A stretch of DNA of 64,000 bases. Origin: Nitrosopumilus sp. GTDB taxonomy: Archaea > Thermoproteota > Nitrososphaeria > Nitrososphaerales > Nitrosopumilaceae. Below, piece by piece: positions 10,155 through 20,910 of the stretch (positions are counted from its first letter, which is position 1; every line of letters begins with the position of its first letter). The notes under the pieces are model-generated. The model was not told where the DNA came from. It saw only the letters and a program-made list of their open reading frames with translations, and did no database searches. The stretch is from the NCBI GenBank assembly GCA_965218695.1, contig OZ244651.1, positions 832,001 through 896,000 on the forward strand. Reading direction: 5' to 3'. The position numbers were made by a program, and so were the translations under genes.

Positions 10155-10681
10155 GACTCCTCAATGCCTGCAAGCAGTCGGCTTAGCATGGGGTTCGTGA
10201 TTCCTGATCTTGCAGACTCGAAGAACGGCTCTAGATCCCTCTCGGAGTATCCGTCACCACGATACACCATTGCCTGGAGAGCCATCTCCAGTTTGTCAAT
10301 CTGGTGCACGATTCGTGACTCTGCTGAAGCGTTTTTCAGATACTCCTGCCAGATCTCCCTGTACTCGGATCCCACCTCATCTGGCAGATCTTGGATAATT
10401 TTCTCAAACTCTGCATTCTCCAGCATGCTCTTTTCATCCCTGCTGGCACTGCCCGGCGTGATGTCTCCAATCCTGGACTCGGCCAGATCATGCAGCAGAA
10501 TCATTTTAAGAACACGCTCAGAATCAAGGCCTTCCAGTTTGGATACTACCATGCCCATCACGGCCATCGAGTATGAATGATCTGCAACGGACTCTGCATA
10601 CGGCATGAACAGTCTTTCAACCCAGCCCCGCCGCCGAATCTTTTTGAGATGGGCAGCTGTTCTGAAAAAATCCAAGATCAT
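10127..10681 (-). CDS. HD-domain phosphohydrolase (YfbR/HDDC2-like 5'-deoxynucleotidase)
   Basis: RRGW, ESVADHS, LLHDLAE..GDI and DKLE motifs. Confidence 0.9.
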   Translation of the reverse strand: MILDFFRTAAHLKKIRRRGWVERLFMPYAESVADHSYSMAVMGMVVSKLEGLDSERVLKMILLHDLAESRIGDITPGSASRDEKSMLENAEFEKIIQDLPDEVGSEYREIWQEYLKNASAESRIVHQIDKLEMALQAMVYRGDGYSERDLEPFFESARSGITNPMLSRLLAGIEESCQKETKMS

Positions 10682-10810
10682 GCATCAGTGATCACACGCA
10701 TTCCTAATGAGTTTTTTCTTGGCATGGCAGAATCTCCAGGCATCCTTGTTGTTGCCAGTCAGCAGGTTTTGCAGAAGAGCCAACTGGAAAACGATGTCCA
10801 ATGCTGGGTA

Positions 10811-11884
10811 TCATCTGAAGAAGAAGTTTGTAATCTTCTTCAGGGGGTTTCTGGTATAGGTCTCGTCAAACCTAGTCGGTATCGTATACGTCGGTTTCTC
10901 GACGATTATTCCCTGCGGCCGGTACAGCAGTATTACAATCAGGATTATGCCAAGCAGCAGGAAGTCAAGCCATATTACATCAAACGGAAGGAATCCCTCA
11001 AACGAGCCCTTGAAGAATATGATGGTCTTTCTCAGGGTCACGAATATCAGCGTGCCCAACAGGACGCCCTTGTTGTTGGCAAGTCCGCCAATCAGTATCA
11101 TGAGGAACGGCCAGAATGTCCAGCTGGCCCTGTCGTATGCAAAGGCAATCGTTCCGCCCACGTAAAACGCGTACAGTGCACCGCCGATTGCAGCAAGTGC
11201 GGCAGATATCATGATGACCTTCATCCGCACGTGTGTGGTGTTCTTGCCAAGCGATTCGGCGGCATTTTCGTTGTCGCGCACGGCCCGAAGCAGCCGTCCA
11301 AGAGGGGAACGGACCATCTTTTCGCTGTAAATGTACACCACGATTGCAATCGCCACAAGCCCTAGCGTGGCAGCTGTAAACCGGAACTCATCCGGCAGGA
11401 ACGACAACGGATCCGGAATCTGGACTCCAAGGGTTCCGCCCACCAGCGGAGTGTAGTTGTTTCCAACCAATCGTATGGCCTCACCAAATGCAAGCAGGGT
11501 GATGGCAAGATAGTCGCCCCGCAGCTTTACTGCAGGGTATGACGTAAGTATTCCCATGACCCCGCCTACGACGGCTGCAATCCCCAACGTCAAAAAGAAT
11601 ACTGCAAAGCCTATCCCCACGTTGTCCACCAGCCATACATTAATCTGCGGGACCATCATCAGGTTATTGGTAATAAAGTCACCCTCCACTCCTGCCAGGT
11701 CTGCAAGCAACCGCCCTGGAATCGATGCGGCAACAAATGCCCCTGCGGCCACTGCCAGCACCTTTCCAAAGTTTGGAATGCCCCCATACCCAAACTCCAT
11801 GTTCAGACTGAGGTTGATGATCGCATAAACTGCAAACAATGCAAGCAGATCGATTATGAATACAAACTCAGACCCGAACGCCAA
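10811..11884 (-). CDS. livM: Branched-chain amino acid ABC permease
   Basis: LRGDYLAITLLAFGE, SPLGRLLRAVRDNE.AAESLG. Confidence 0.9.
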   Translation of the reverse strand: MAFGSEFVFIIDLLALFAVYAIINLSLNMEFGYGGIPNFGKVLAVAAGAFVAASIPGRLLADLAGVEGDFITNNLMMVPQINVWLVDNVGIGFAVFFLTLGIAAVVGGVMGILTSYPAVKLRGDYLAITLLAFGEAIRLVGNNYTPLVGGTLGVQIPDPLSFLPDEFRFTAATLGLVAIAIVVYIYSEKMVRSPLGRLLRAVRDNENAAESLGKNTTHVRMKVIMISAALAAIGGALYAFYVGGTIAFAYDRASWTFWPFLMILIGGLANNKGVLLGTLIFVTLRKTIIFFKGSFEGFLPFDVIWLDFLLLGIILIVILLYRPQGIIVEKPTYTIPTRFDETYTRNPLKKITNFFFR

Positions 11885-12797
11885 TTCTCCTCAACAACCC
11901 TGGCCAGTTTACGCCTGCAAGCCCATTGGGCGCAACGAATAGCGTAACTACAATAAACACAAGAGGCACAAGCGGACGGTATGCAATGAGCCACGGCCCA
12001 AACTCGCCTGCAAGAATCCGGGTTCCAAGCACCTCGGTGATTCCTATGAGGAATCCCCCTGCAATCGCCCCATAAATGCTCATGAATCCGCCCACTATGC
12101 TTGCAGCAAATATGCTTGGCAGTATCAGGGGTCCGAAGTTCGGATCACCCTGAAACCACATCGCCATGAACACTCCTGCTATTCCTGCAAAACCGCCGCC
12201 CATCAGCCAGGATATTGTGTATATGGTCTTGACGTTGATTCCCACCGTGCCTGCAAGATTAGGATTCTCAGTTGCAGCCCGCATGGCAATGCCGAACTTT
12301 GTCATGCGCATCATGACGTGCAGTCCTATTCCAAGGGCCGCAATGCCTACCGGGGCAGCGACCACTATCAGGGGCAGTCCGCCAATATCTATATCATAAC
12401 TGCGCAGCGTGAACTCTCTGGATGAGACATGATACGTCCGGACAATAAAGTCGGCTACTATGTTGATGGCGGCTATGAGTACCAGATCAAATGCGAGGGT
12501 TGCTATCATCAGGATGGTGGATGGCGCCCGTTTCCGAATTAGGGGCTTGAGAATGATAAGGTACAGTCCCATGGCTATAACTCCAGAGGCTACAAACGCA
12601 ACAGGGATCACTACGTATGGGCTTACACCCCAGATGTGGTTTCCCACCAGTGCCACGTATATGCCGACGGTTGCAAACGACGCATGCGCAAAGTTTGGGA
12701 CTCTGGTTGTAATATAGGTAAGCGTAAGACCGATGCTCAGGAATGCAAGCAGGGATGCAAGAATTATTGCATCCGAGTATATTGGATCCAATGCCAT
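11868..12797 (-). CDS. livH: Branched-chain amino acid ABC permease
   Basis: GLTL...VPNFAH, TKFGIAMRA..EN..LA...GI, FAASIVGG. Confidence 0.9.
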   Translation of the reverse strand: MALDPIYSDAIILASLLAFLSIGLTLTYITTRVPNFAHASFATVGIYVALVGNHIWGVSPYVVIPVAFVASGVIAMGLYLIILKPLIRKRAPSTILMIATLAFDLVLIAAINIVADFIVRTYHVSSREFTLRSYDIDIGGLPLIVVAAPVGIAALGIGLHVMMRMTKFGIAMRAATENPNLAGTVGINVKTIYTISWLMGGGFAGIAGVFMAMWFQGDPNFGPLILPSIFAASIVGGFMSIYGAIAGGFLIGITEVLGTRILAGEFGPWLIAYRPLVPLVFIVVTLFVAPNGLAGVNWPGLLRRIGVRV

Positions 12798-13347
12798 TAT
12801 GGATTACCCGCCTGTCTGAAATCCGGCATTTGTGTATCTGCCAGCATCGTTAATTTCATTCCAGCGTCAGACAGACGGCTAATCAAAGATTTTGCTCGGA
12901 TCGGCGTTTGTAGAATTCCGAGACCAGTATACGGCTTACTGAACATCATACCTACTACAGATCCACATACCAATAATACTTTCTCATGCAGAATGTATTC
13001 TACGAGTTACTTTCTGCACAGATGTCTCCTGATTATCTAGGTCAGGCGATCGGTGTGTACTATTACCGCTGTGCCGTTCAGTTAACCGGGATCAGTGGAG
13101 CAGATTCCGCTAGTTATTGCCATCCACATCGCGTATCCTGCACTGCAGCCTTTCGGTTGTACCCATCTCTTCTCGTCTTCTTCCTTTTTTCATTGAAATC
13201 ATGTCTTAAACAGGATCGGTGCTCCGAACCATTTCGGGTGCCTGACGTCTCTGATCCTTTCCTGTTGACGGTTTTTTGACGGGGTTTGGAGCAAGTCAAA
13301 TGGTTACCATGCGTTTTATGGTATCAGGAGTCATGGTAAGAATAGGA

Positions 13348-13421
13348 TGCCGGGGGCGGGATTTGAACGCGCGACGGCCCGGTCTTCAGCCGAGTGCTCT
13401 CCCAGGCTGAGCTACCCCGGC
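13348..13421 (-). tRNA. tRNA-Phe(GAA)
   Basis: GCCGGGG...CTCGG-CTGAAGA-CCGGG...GCGCG-TTCAAAT-CCCGC-CCCCGGC-A on the minus strand. Confidence 0.95.
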
Positions 13422-13449
13422 ACTAAAAAAAGGACACTCAGTTGATGAA

Positions 13450-14001
13450 TTAAATCTTGCTTTTGTGGCCTGTCCACACGATATCCTTTACGCCTCTTCG
13501 TTTGTTGACTAGGCGGCCTGTCACAAAGAGCAGATCCGAGAGCCGGTTCAGGTATGCAGTACAGTTCGGGTTAATTCCCGTCTCCTGGCCCAGCTGGACT
13601 GTTAGAATCTCGGCTCTTCTTGTAACGGTTCTTGCATGATGCAGATAGGCTGCTGCAGGTTCTCCCCCAGGCAGAATAAAGTTTGCAAGTGGAGGCAGTT
13701 CTGACTCAAAACGGTCAATGTGGGATTCTAATCTGCAAACCATGTCATGCGATACCCTATTTTTTGTATCATCAGGATTTGGGTTGGAGAGATCCGCACC
13801 CACTACAAAGAGATCGTTTTGGATCTCGCGTATGACATTTCTTAGATCCCTGTCAATCGGGCTTGCTAGGATTACTCCAAGTATGGCATTTGTCTCATCC
13901 ACTGCCCCATATGCAGCTATTCTCGGATTGGATTTGGATACCCTGAGGCCCCCCTGAAGGCCGGTATCCCCACCATCGCCAGTTCGGGTGTAGATCTTCA
14001 T
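13450..14001 (-). CDS. pduO: ATP:cob(I)alamin adenosyltransferase, PduO type
   Basis: MKIYTRTGD.G.T, AYG.VDE.N, FILPGG, RRAE, YLNRLSDLLF. Confidence 0.95.
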   Translation of the reverse strand: MKIYTRTGDGGDTGLQGGLRVSKSNPRIAAYGAVDETNAILGVILASPIDRDLRNVIREIQNDLFVVGADLSNPNPDDTKNRVSHDMVCRLESHIDRFESELPPLANFILPGGEPAAAYLHHARTVTRRAEILTVQLGQETGINPNCTAYLNRLSDLLFVTGRLVNKRRGVKDIVWTGHKSKI

Positions 14002-14299
14002 GGATATTCAAGATCGTTGTTAATTATTATGTCATTCGAGGATCGCCTGCGTTGTGTGTATCATAGTTTGCTCCTACCGGCGTTCGGAAGCGAAGCGATC
14101 TTACATCCCCAAGCCATGTCCAACGCCATCACTACCAGAAAAAACAGCCGACATGATCAGGTCTGGAGGCAAGTGTATGGAGGTAGTCCATGTGGGTAGA
14201 AAGTCTGCATCTGGCCTGGACATGATTTTTGCCGGTGACTTGTATGAACCAAGTTCATTCTATGAATCATATTGAATGCAGGGCATGCAACTAGGATTC

Positions 14300-17110
14300 C
14301 TAGTTGCGGCGGCTTATCCTTTTGCGGACCGTGTGGACTGCCAGGATTGGTCCTGCCACGTATACTCCTCCAATGGCTGCAATCGAGAGCATGCCAAAGA
14401 CCAGCACGGATACCTCAGAGCCTGGGTCTGCAAGCGTCATGATGTTCATGGTGTACAGTCCCGGCGTGATTAATGCCAGTACGGCATCCCTGAATAGCGG
14501 GTTCTCCCTTTCAAGGTCTGCAATTGCAGGCGAGAAGGAGTAGTACACCTGGTTGAATCCTGTCATGAACGACGTTCCGGATGCAGTGGAGAGCAGTGTG
14601 TTGTCCCTGATTTCACGGAGGAACTGTACCTGTGGCGCAAGCTCACTGCCGTATGTGGCAGTCGCGATCAGGCATCCGCCATCAGGTTGAACATCATCAT
14701 CGTCATCGTCTACCATCACCTTCTCCTCGTCGTCTACCATCACGGTATCCTCAAGCGTTATGGAGTCGGTTGCCGAAAAGTACACGCCCCTTAGAATCCA
14801 CTGGTTATCCACGATGTGCCAGACGTCGTAATTGGTCTGGGCTAGATCACCTGCGGCGTTAAGCTTTGTAGAGCCAAGTGCGCCGATGTGCTCATCTGCG
14901 ATTACTGGTATTGCAGCGGTAAGTGCATCAACGTCGGTGCCCTGCGTCTGTTCTATGGCAAGCCCTACCAGCCACACCGCGTCATAGGTGGAACTTGCAT
15001 AGGTGCTTGGCTCCCTGCCGAGTACGTCATTGACTCCGGATGCCACGCGGTCGCTAAACTCGTTCTTGCCGGATGCGACCTGGACTGCAGAGAATTCGGT
15101 ATCACGAGCAAACGTTGACGCTATTGGATCCTCCACCAGTGCGGGATCCCTAGAGTGCGGGTCTGCGCCGAACCACTGCACCTGCGGGAGTATCTCATAG
15201 CTGGAGGCTGACTGCATGAAGAGCTCAATCTCGCCAAAGCCCATGAACAGCACGCCAACATTGTCGGTACTGCCAGTCTGGTCCACTGCGGACCGAACTT
15301 GGTCTGCGATTAGGGATGCGGATACTGAGAATTCGGCTATTTCAGGGTTGTAGCCAAGGCCTTCAGTCACCTCTCCTCCTATGTTGGTAAATGCGGCTCT
15401 TGCGGATTTTGCAAGTTCGGAGCCCCATGTGTCCTCACGCCATACCGGAATCGCAACATCGATTCCTGCATCGGCCATGAGTCGTGCCAAGACCACTCCC
15501 TGGTTGGTGTCGTCAGGGGACATCCTGAATATGCGGTCACCCTCTATGGCAAGGAGCGGCGACGTGGAACAGCAGCTGACTACGACCATTGCGTTGTTGT
15601 CAACGTATCCCTTGATGTTCTGCAGGTTTCCACTGGAGTATGGGCCTACCATCACGTCGATGCTCCTTGCATGCAGTGCCTGCACCTTTTCAAGTGCCAC
15701 TGCCGGCTGGGTCTGGGAGTCCTCGATGGACATCACAAGTGACCATTCTGCCCCCTTGTCTGCCAGGTATTGGTTAAAGTCAATTATTGCAATCTTTGCC
15801 GCCTCGCGGTTCTCCTCTCCGTGGTTGGAGGCATCGCCGCTGATTGGCTGGAGCAGTCCTATGCCGATCTCGCCGGAGAGTGTCTGCTCCATGGCCACAG
15901 GCTCGACTGAGTCGGTCAGGGCAAAGTACACGCCGAGCTGCTTCCACTGGCCGTCTGAAACCGTCCATACGTCATAGTTTACCTGGGCCAGGTCTCCGTG
16001 CTCGTTGAGTTCTGTAGAGCCAAGTGCGCCCATGTGCTCTGCTGCCACCTCTGGGAATACCGCAGTCAGCTGGGTGACGTCGGTGCTTTGTATGCGCTCC
16101 ATGGAGAGACCCAAGAGCCAGATTGCATCATACGCAGAACTTGCATACGTCCTGGGGGTCCTGCCAATGGCCTCCTCGACTGCCTCCTCGACGAGCTTGC
16201 TCTGGGCGTTCTTGCCTGACGCTACCTGGAGCGTCGTGAATTCGGTAGTGGTGGCAAATTCTAACGTGATTGGGTCGTCTATGATGACGGTATCCTTGGT
16301 GACGGCATCGGCACCGAACCACTTGACATCATCAAGGATGTCATGGGATGCTGCGGACTGGAATAGAATCTGTGTCTCGCCGAATCCAAAGCTTGCGACG
16401 GCGACCTTGTCTGCGCCATGCTCGTCTACGTATCCCTGTACTATCTCTGCCAGAACGGACGCCTCGCTTGAAAAGTCGCTGGCCTCTGGGCTGTATGGTA
16501 TTCCCTCATGGACTGTTCCTCCTACGGCGGGGAATGCATCACGTATGGCACGCTCCAGTCCCACGCCCCATGCCTCGTCCCTCCATATGGGAACGATCAC
16601 GTCGATTCCCGCGTCCTGGAGGAGGCGGACCAGCGCGACTGCCTGGTTGGAGTCGTCAGGGGCCAGTCGGAATATGCTGTCACCCCCGGTTGCAAGTAGC
16701 GGCGATGTGGAGGAGGGGCTGATTATCATTATGTTGTTAGCGTCGACATACCCCTTGATGTTCTGGATGTTGCCGCTGGACTGCGGGCCTATCACGTGCT
16801 GGATGCCCTTGGCATAGAGTCCCTGCACCTTTTCAAGCGTCACTGTGGGCTGGGTCTGGGAGTCCTCGGAGACTACCGAGAGTGACCAGCCTGCGTCCTT
16901 GTCTGCAAGGTACTGGTTAAAGTGTTCCACTGCAAGCTCGTATCCGATCTTGTTCTCCTCTCCGGATCTGGCCAGCTTGCCCGTGAGCGGTATGATTGAG
17001 CCGATCTCGATCTCGCCGGACAACTCAGCATATGCATATGTAGAAAATCCACCAACACCTACTATGCTGGTTATAACAACACTCAGTGTTACATATAATT
17101 TAAAATTCAC
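14300..17110 (-). CDS. ABC substrate-binding protein with two tandem LivK-type domains and a C-terminal CFI-box-CTERM anchor
   Basis: Two copies of EDSQTQP...GP.SSGN...SSTSPLLA...IFR..PDD; C-terminal GGCLIATATYGSELAPQVQFLREIRDN plus TM. Start at GTG 17110 (TATA 17133-17139) or ATG 17125. Confidence 0.9.
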   Translation of the reverse strand: MNFKLYVTLSVVITSIVGVGGFSTYAYAELSGEIEIGSIIPLTGKLARSGEENKIGYELAVEHFNQYLADKDAGWSLSVVSEDSQTQPTVTLEKVQGLYAKGIQHVIGPQSSGNIQNIKGYVDANNIMIISPSSTSPLLATGGDSIFRLAPDDSNQAVALVRLLQDAGIDVIVPIWRDEAWGVGLERAIRDAFPAVGGTVHEGIPYSPEASDFSSEASVLAEIVQGYVDEHGADKVAVASFGFGETQILFQSAASHDILDDVKWFGADAVTKDTVIIDDPITLEFATTTEFTTLQVASGKNAQSKLVEEAVEEAIGRTPRTYASSAYDAIWLLGLSMERIQSTDVTQLTAVFPEVAAEHMGALGSTELNEHGDLAQVNYDVWTVSDGQWKQLGVYFALTDSVEPVAMEQTLSGEIGIGLLQPISGDASNHGEENREAAKIAIIDFNQYLADKGAEWSLVMSIEDSQTQPAVALEKVQALHARSIDVMVGPYSSGNLQNIKGYVDNNAMVVVSCCSTSPLLAIEGDRIFRMSPDDTNQGVVLARLMADAGIDVAIPVWREDTWGSELAKSARAAFTNIGGEVTEGLGYNPEIAEFSVSASLIADQVRSAVDQTGSTDNVGVLFMGFGEIELFMQSASSYEILPQVQWFGADPHSRDPALVEDPIASTFARDTEFSAVQVASGKNEFSDRVASGVNDVLGREPSTYASSTYDAVWLVGLAIEQTQGTDVDALTAAIPVIADEHIGALGSTKLNAAGDLAQTNYDVWHIVDNQWILRGVYFSATDSITLEDTVMVDDEEKVMVDDDDDDVQPDGGCLIATATYGSELAPQVQFLREIRDNTLLSTASGTSFMTGFNQVYYSFSPAIADLERENPLFRDAVLALITPGLYTMNIMTLADPGSEVSVLVFGMLSIAAIGGVYVAGPILAVHTVRKRISRRN

Positions 17111-17152
17111 ACTAAAATAAGACATACACGAGTTTATAAGAATTTCTAAAAT

Positions 17153-18364
17153 GGGGGGGTGTCCTAGAGACATATACTCTAGGATGACAAAAGATATGGA
17201 TCGACAGATCACGGCATCGTCTAATGACTACAAAGAAACGCGATCAACGACAGTACGATTTGGTTCAGCAGTACCTGTCAGGCATCATGCTGAATGCCGT
17301 GTTGGGAATAATCAAAGAGCTTGGGGATCCATACGCCGTCAAGCCCGGCCTGGGCGGCATGACGGCATACCCGCCTAGTGCCATGGCAGCTGTCTGCATC
17401 ATGCTTGAGGCGCAACGCACGACCTACCGCAAGATGGTCGGCATTCTTCGGTGCAACGGCGCCATGGCAGCCAAGATGAGCTTGGACAGGATCCCCTCCA
17501 AGAGCACGATAGCACGCGCCTACGGCCTGATCCCGGAGTGGTACCTGGCAGAGGTACACCGGATCGTCATCCGGGAGGTAGAAGCAGGTTCCCTGGCAGG
17601 AGACAGCACCGGGTACTCGTACCTGCGATTTGTCAGGTGGTTTGATGTCAGGACCGGCGGTTTTCGTGCTCGGAAGGGATGGGTCAAACTGCACGCAATC
17701 GTGGACATCCGCACCAGAGTGATAATCGACTGCATGGTGACTGACGGCGCGGTTGCAGACATAAACGGGCTGTACGCGATGCTAGGCAGGCTCGGCCTGA
17801 GCACGGGCAGCTTTTGCCTAGATTCTGCGTACCTGGCCAGGGTCATGTGCGACATGATATCTGCAATGGGAATGGTGCCCCGCATCAAGCCAAGTCCAAT
17901 ACCATACGCAACGCCAGGGGAAGCCAGTCCAGGTGCGAGATGGTCGACTTGTACATGGATGACAGGGACAGGTTTGATTCGGAATACCACCAGCACAGCG
18001 TCATCAGGGCAGTCTTTGCCGCCCTCAAGAGGATGTACGGGGGCTGCACACTGTGCCGCATACCGGACAACAGGGTAAAAGAGATCTCGATCCGTGCCAT
18101 GTGCTGCAACTTCGGCTCGCAGCCGGATCGCAGGCAAAAGACGGCAGACTCATACGGGATCAAATCGCAACTCTCGTGGCATGACGGGTGCGTCTTGCAC
18201 CGTGCCGTTCCTAGCAGAGCCTGCGCACCATGTATTGGATTTGAGGGACTCTATTGCCTGCAGTCATTAGGTAGTACGGCATTATCTGGTGCGCGTGAAT
18301 TGAGATCCATTGTCCTTGTGTCTTGGCATGTGGAATGGCGTTTTTTATTACTAGTACACACCCC
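17153..18364 (+). mobile_element. Degenerate IS (IS5/ISH3-like DDE_Tnp_1)
   Basis: Imperfect TIR ggggggtgtcctag / ctagtacacacccc; possible 5-bp TSD aaaat (17148-17152, 18365-18369). Confidence 0.7.
17224..18190 (+). pseudogene. Frameshifted DDE transposase
   Basis: GDSTG, WVKLH, LDSAY motifs; frameshift near 17891 after RIKP, continuing KSNTIR...YHQHSVIRAVF in another frame. Confidence 0.85.
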
Positions 18365-18407
18365 AAAATTACACATCAAATATAAGGAATTTCAGAATGG
18401 GTAAATC

Positions 18408-18554
18408 ATGCCAGTGGATCCCGTGTGCGGAATTGAGCTAGACGAGGATCTTGCATTGCTGCACGAGCATGACGGGACAAAGTTTTACTTTTGCTGCAAC
18501 GGATGCAGGCGTATATTTATCAAAAAACCGCGCAAGTATAGAAACAACGTCTAG
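18408..18554 (+). CDS. YHS-domain small protein (48 aa, below the ORF-track cutoff)
   Basis: MPVDPVCGIEL...HDGTKFYFCCNGCRRIFIKKPRKY. Confidence 0.9.
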   Translation: MPVDPVCGIELDEDLALLHEHDGTKFYFCCNGCRRIFIKKPRKYRNNV

Positions 18555-19495
18555 ACTGGAAATGCGCCGCACATCCTGCAGAATCTGGAATCCCTGACTG
18601 CGCATCCGCAGTATGGGCACGCGCCGTCTGGAACACGTGCAGGCGGCCCAAAATGTCTCTTGAAGATCTCATAGTAGTACATTGACTCGCTACTCCTGAT
18701 GATGATGCCGTCTTTCTCCTGTACTGCCTGCCTCTTTCTGGCAAACTCGCTCCGGTCAATGACTGACTCGAACAGGCCCGTCAGGCCTGCGGTTCCGGAT
18801 CCGTCCTGCATTGGAGACTTGGGCCTCCATGCAATTCTGGGCGGGATAAACCCCTCAAACGTCTTGCGCAGTATCCATTTTCCATGTCTCTCCCTGCCAC
18901 TGCCTCTGACCTTCAAGTCGGTTGGAATCTTGTGTGCAAGATCCTGCACCGCCATGTCCAGAAACGGCGATTCTATGCTTATTCCCAGTGCGTCTCCAAT
19001 CTTCTGTGTGGGAAAATGCATCACAGAGCAGACCCTTTTGATCTCCTCTTCGAGATCCCCCGGGGGTTTGTTGATGAGAAACCTGTATCCTGCAAACAGC
19101 TCGTCGGCACCATCGCCTGTGATGATAGACTCCTCCCCGTTCTCTCTTGCCCATCTTACTGCCAGATACATGACTACGCTGTTTCGAATCTCTATGTCGT
19201 TGAAGTTTCCCAGAATCCTGATAGTCTCCCCGACGGCCTCGAGGATTTCAGCCGTACCTGCCGTGTATATTGACAGGGGCATCTTCATCTTTCCTGCCGC
19301 CATCTGGCAGTATGTCAGGTCAGTCGAGACAAAGTCCTCTGCAATGACTGCCACCCCCCTTGGCCTTCGTTGTCTTGACAGGTATGCGATGATGGTGCTG
19401 TCAAGCCCCCCTGACAGCGAGATCAGGTTCGACTTGCAGGATGCGCAGGACTCTTCAAGAACCCTGTATAGCCTGCCGGATATTTCGTCTGTCAT
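18551..19495 (-). CDS. Asparagine synthase-related protein (C-terminal ATP-pyrophosphatase domain)
   Basis: SLSGGLDS, TGDGADELFAGY, PFLD, KWILR; C-terminal zinc ribbon. Confidence 0.9.
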   Translation of the reverse strand: MTDEISGRLYRVLEESCASCKSNLISLSGGLDSTIIAYLSRQRRPRGVAVIAEDFVSTDLTYCQMAAGKMKMPLSIYTAGTAEILEAVGETIRILGNFNDIEIRNSVVMYLAVRWARENGEESIITGDGADELFAGYRFLINKPPGDLEEEIKRVCSVMHFPTQKIGDALGISIESPFLDMAVQDLAHKIPTDLKVRGSGRERHGKWILRKTFEGFIPPRIAWRPKSPMQDGSGTAGLTGLFESVIDRSEFARKRQAVQEKDGIIIRSSESMYYYEIFKRHFGPPARVPDGACPYCGCAVRDSRFCRMCGAFPV

Positions 19496-19831
19496 CTGGC
19501 TGTGTGTATCTTGAGACTCTACAATATTCGTTTAGATCTGCACTGACGCAAAAAAGTTTATGCAGGGCTGAACCGGCCACGCCGAAGACTGCAGATCCTA
19601 CGACCCTTTGCAGCAATGTCGGTTAAACAAGATGGGATGAACTCGAGGGCGTACAAAAAAGGAATCAGGATACGTGCAGGAATGCCTGCAGCAGCATGTC
19701 TGGGCTGCCCGTGTTAATTGACCGTTTTTCTAAATTGGTAAAAATACGCCATAATGCAGATTCAGGGCGCGTTCAATGCCTGAAGATTGATCAGAGCATG
19801 CATAGTTTGGATCATTAGCATTTAGAACGAA

Positions 19832-20227
19832 GTGCCACGGGACTACCCCGTGGGCACGCTGGCAGATACGAACAGAAACGTCCAAACCCGGGGCGCCTCG
19901 GGGCCGAGCCTGCATCTGCTGCAAAGGGAGATCGAGGATCTCAGGCGCAAAAACGCGCGGCCGGAAGGATCAATCGCGCGCGAGCGCAGCCTGCAGAAGA
20001 ACAGGGACGGCGCGTTGGGCGGAGATGCCGGCGGGAATGAGGCGCTGCACTGGATCGAGGTTTTTGATGAAATAATTAGCGGCAAGGCCAAGATCTGCCA
20101 TGCTTGTAGGTGTGGTTTCAAGATGACAACCGACGCTTGCGTGCAGCCCCTGTGGAAAAATAAGATAATCTCTTTGTCGTTCACGATGCGCAAGACGGTT
20201 TCAAGTGTACTGGGAGATAGAAAATGA
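19832..20227 (+). pseudogene. Probable IS66 transposase N-terminal remnant
   Basis: Coiled coil LQREIEDLRRKNAR followed by FDEIISGKAKICHAC, resembling the IS66 LZ and zinc-finger region. Confidence 0.4.
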
Positions 20228-20784
20228 AAAGAGTTGTTTTGGCCGCATTGCTGATAATTCTTGCAACTTTGCAGATTCAAGACTCCTTTGCTTGTTCCTG
20301 TTCGTCATACCCAGACTTTCTAATGACTTGGGCAGAATCTGATGGGGCATTTCAGGCAACGGTAAAAGATATTCTAACCGGCGAGGGTCCGCGAAAAGTT
20401 ATCTTTGACATCCATCAAGTGCAAAAAGGCGATTATCCTTATGGGGATTATATCTTTGAGGACTCTAGCATAATCCGTTACGGCGAAGGCACAATCCAAG
20501 CCAGTAGCTGCAGTGTCGACTACAAGAGAGGGGAAACGTATCAGGTCTTTACGTACGATAGAAGTCATGGCATAGGCTGGACCGGCATATGCAGTACAAA
20601 GCAGATTTCAGGTTTTGATACGTATTCGCATGAGGACGAGTACGGCCAGATACAGCACTACAGGCAAGACTATAGTTTCTTTATCCAATACAGCCTTTTC
20701 TCATTAGCCATACCTGTTGCCATCCCGGCGGCAATTGCAGGGATTGTCATTTGGAGGAAAAGAAGAAAGGATGATCAACGATAA
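20224..20784 (+). CDS. Secreted, membrane-anchored TIMP/NTR-like protein
   Basis: Signal peptide ending SFA then CSC; S.C...Y..GETY.VF...C; C-terminal TM plus WRKRRK. Confidence 0.7.
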   Translation: MKRVVLAALLIILATLQIQDSFACSCSSYPDFLMTWAESDGAFQATVKDILTGEGPRKVIFDIHQVQKGDYPYGDYIFEDSSIIRYGEGTIQASSCSVDYKRGETYQVFTYDRSHGIGWTGICSTKQISGFDTYSHEDEYGQIQHYRQDYSFFIQYSLFSLAIPVAIPAAIAGIVIWRKRRKDDQR

Positions 20785-20910
20785 CATGTGCAGACGGCTC
20801 CCCTGAAACCAGAGCCAAAACTAGGCAGGAACCAACGCACGTTGTACCTGTCAGCCGATTTTGCGGCGCCCTGCGTTGCAAGATTTAAATCCCTTATGGG
20901 TCTTTAAGAT

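Noticed and set aside
3243-16817. Long antisense ORFs (e.g. 3243-4058, 10577-11365, 16005-16817)
   Set aside because: These are shadow frames of well-supported genes on the opposite strand in GC-rich DNA, with no motifs.
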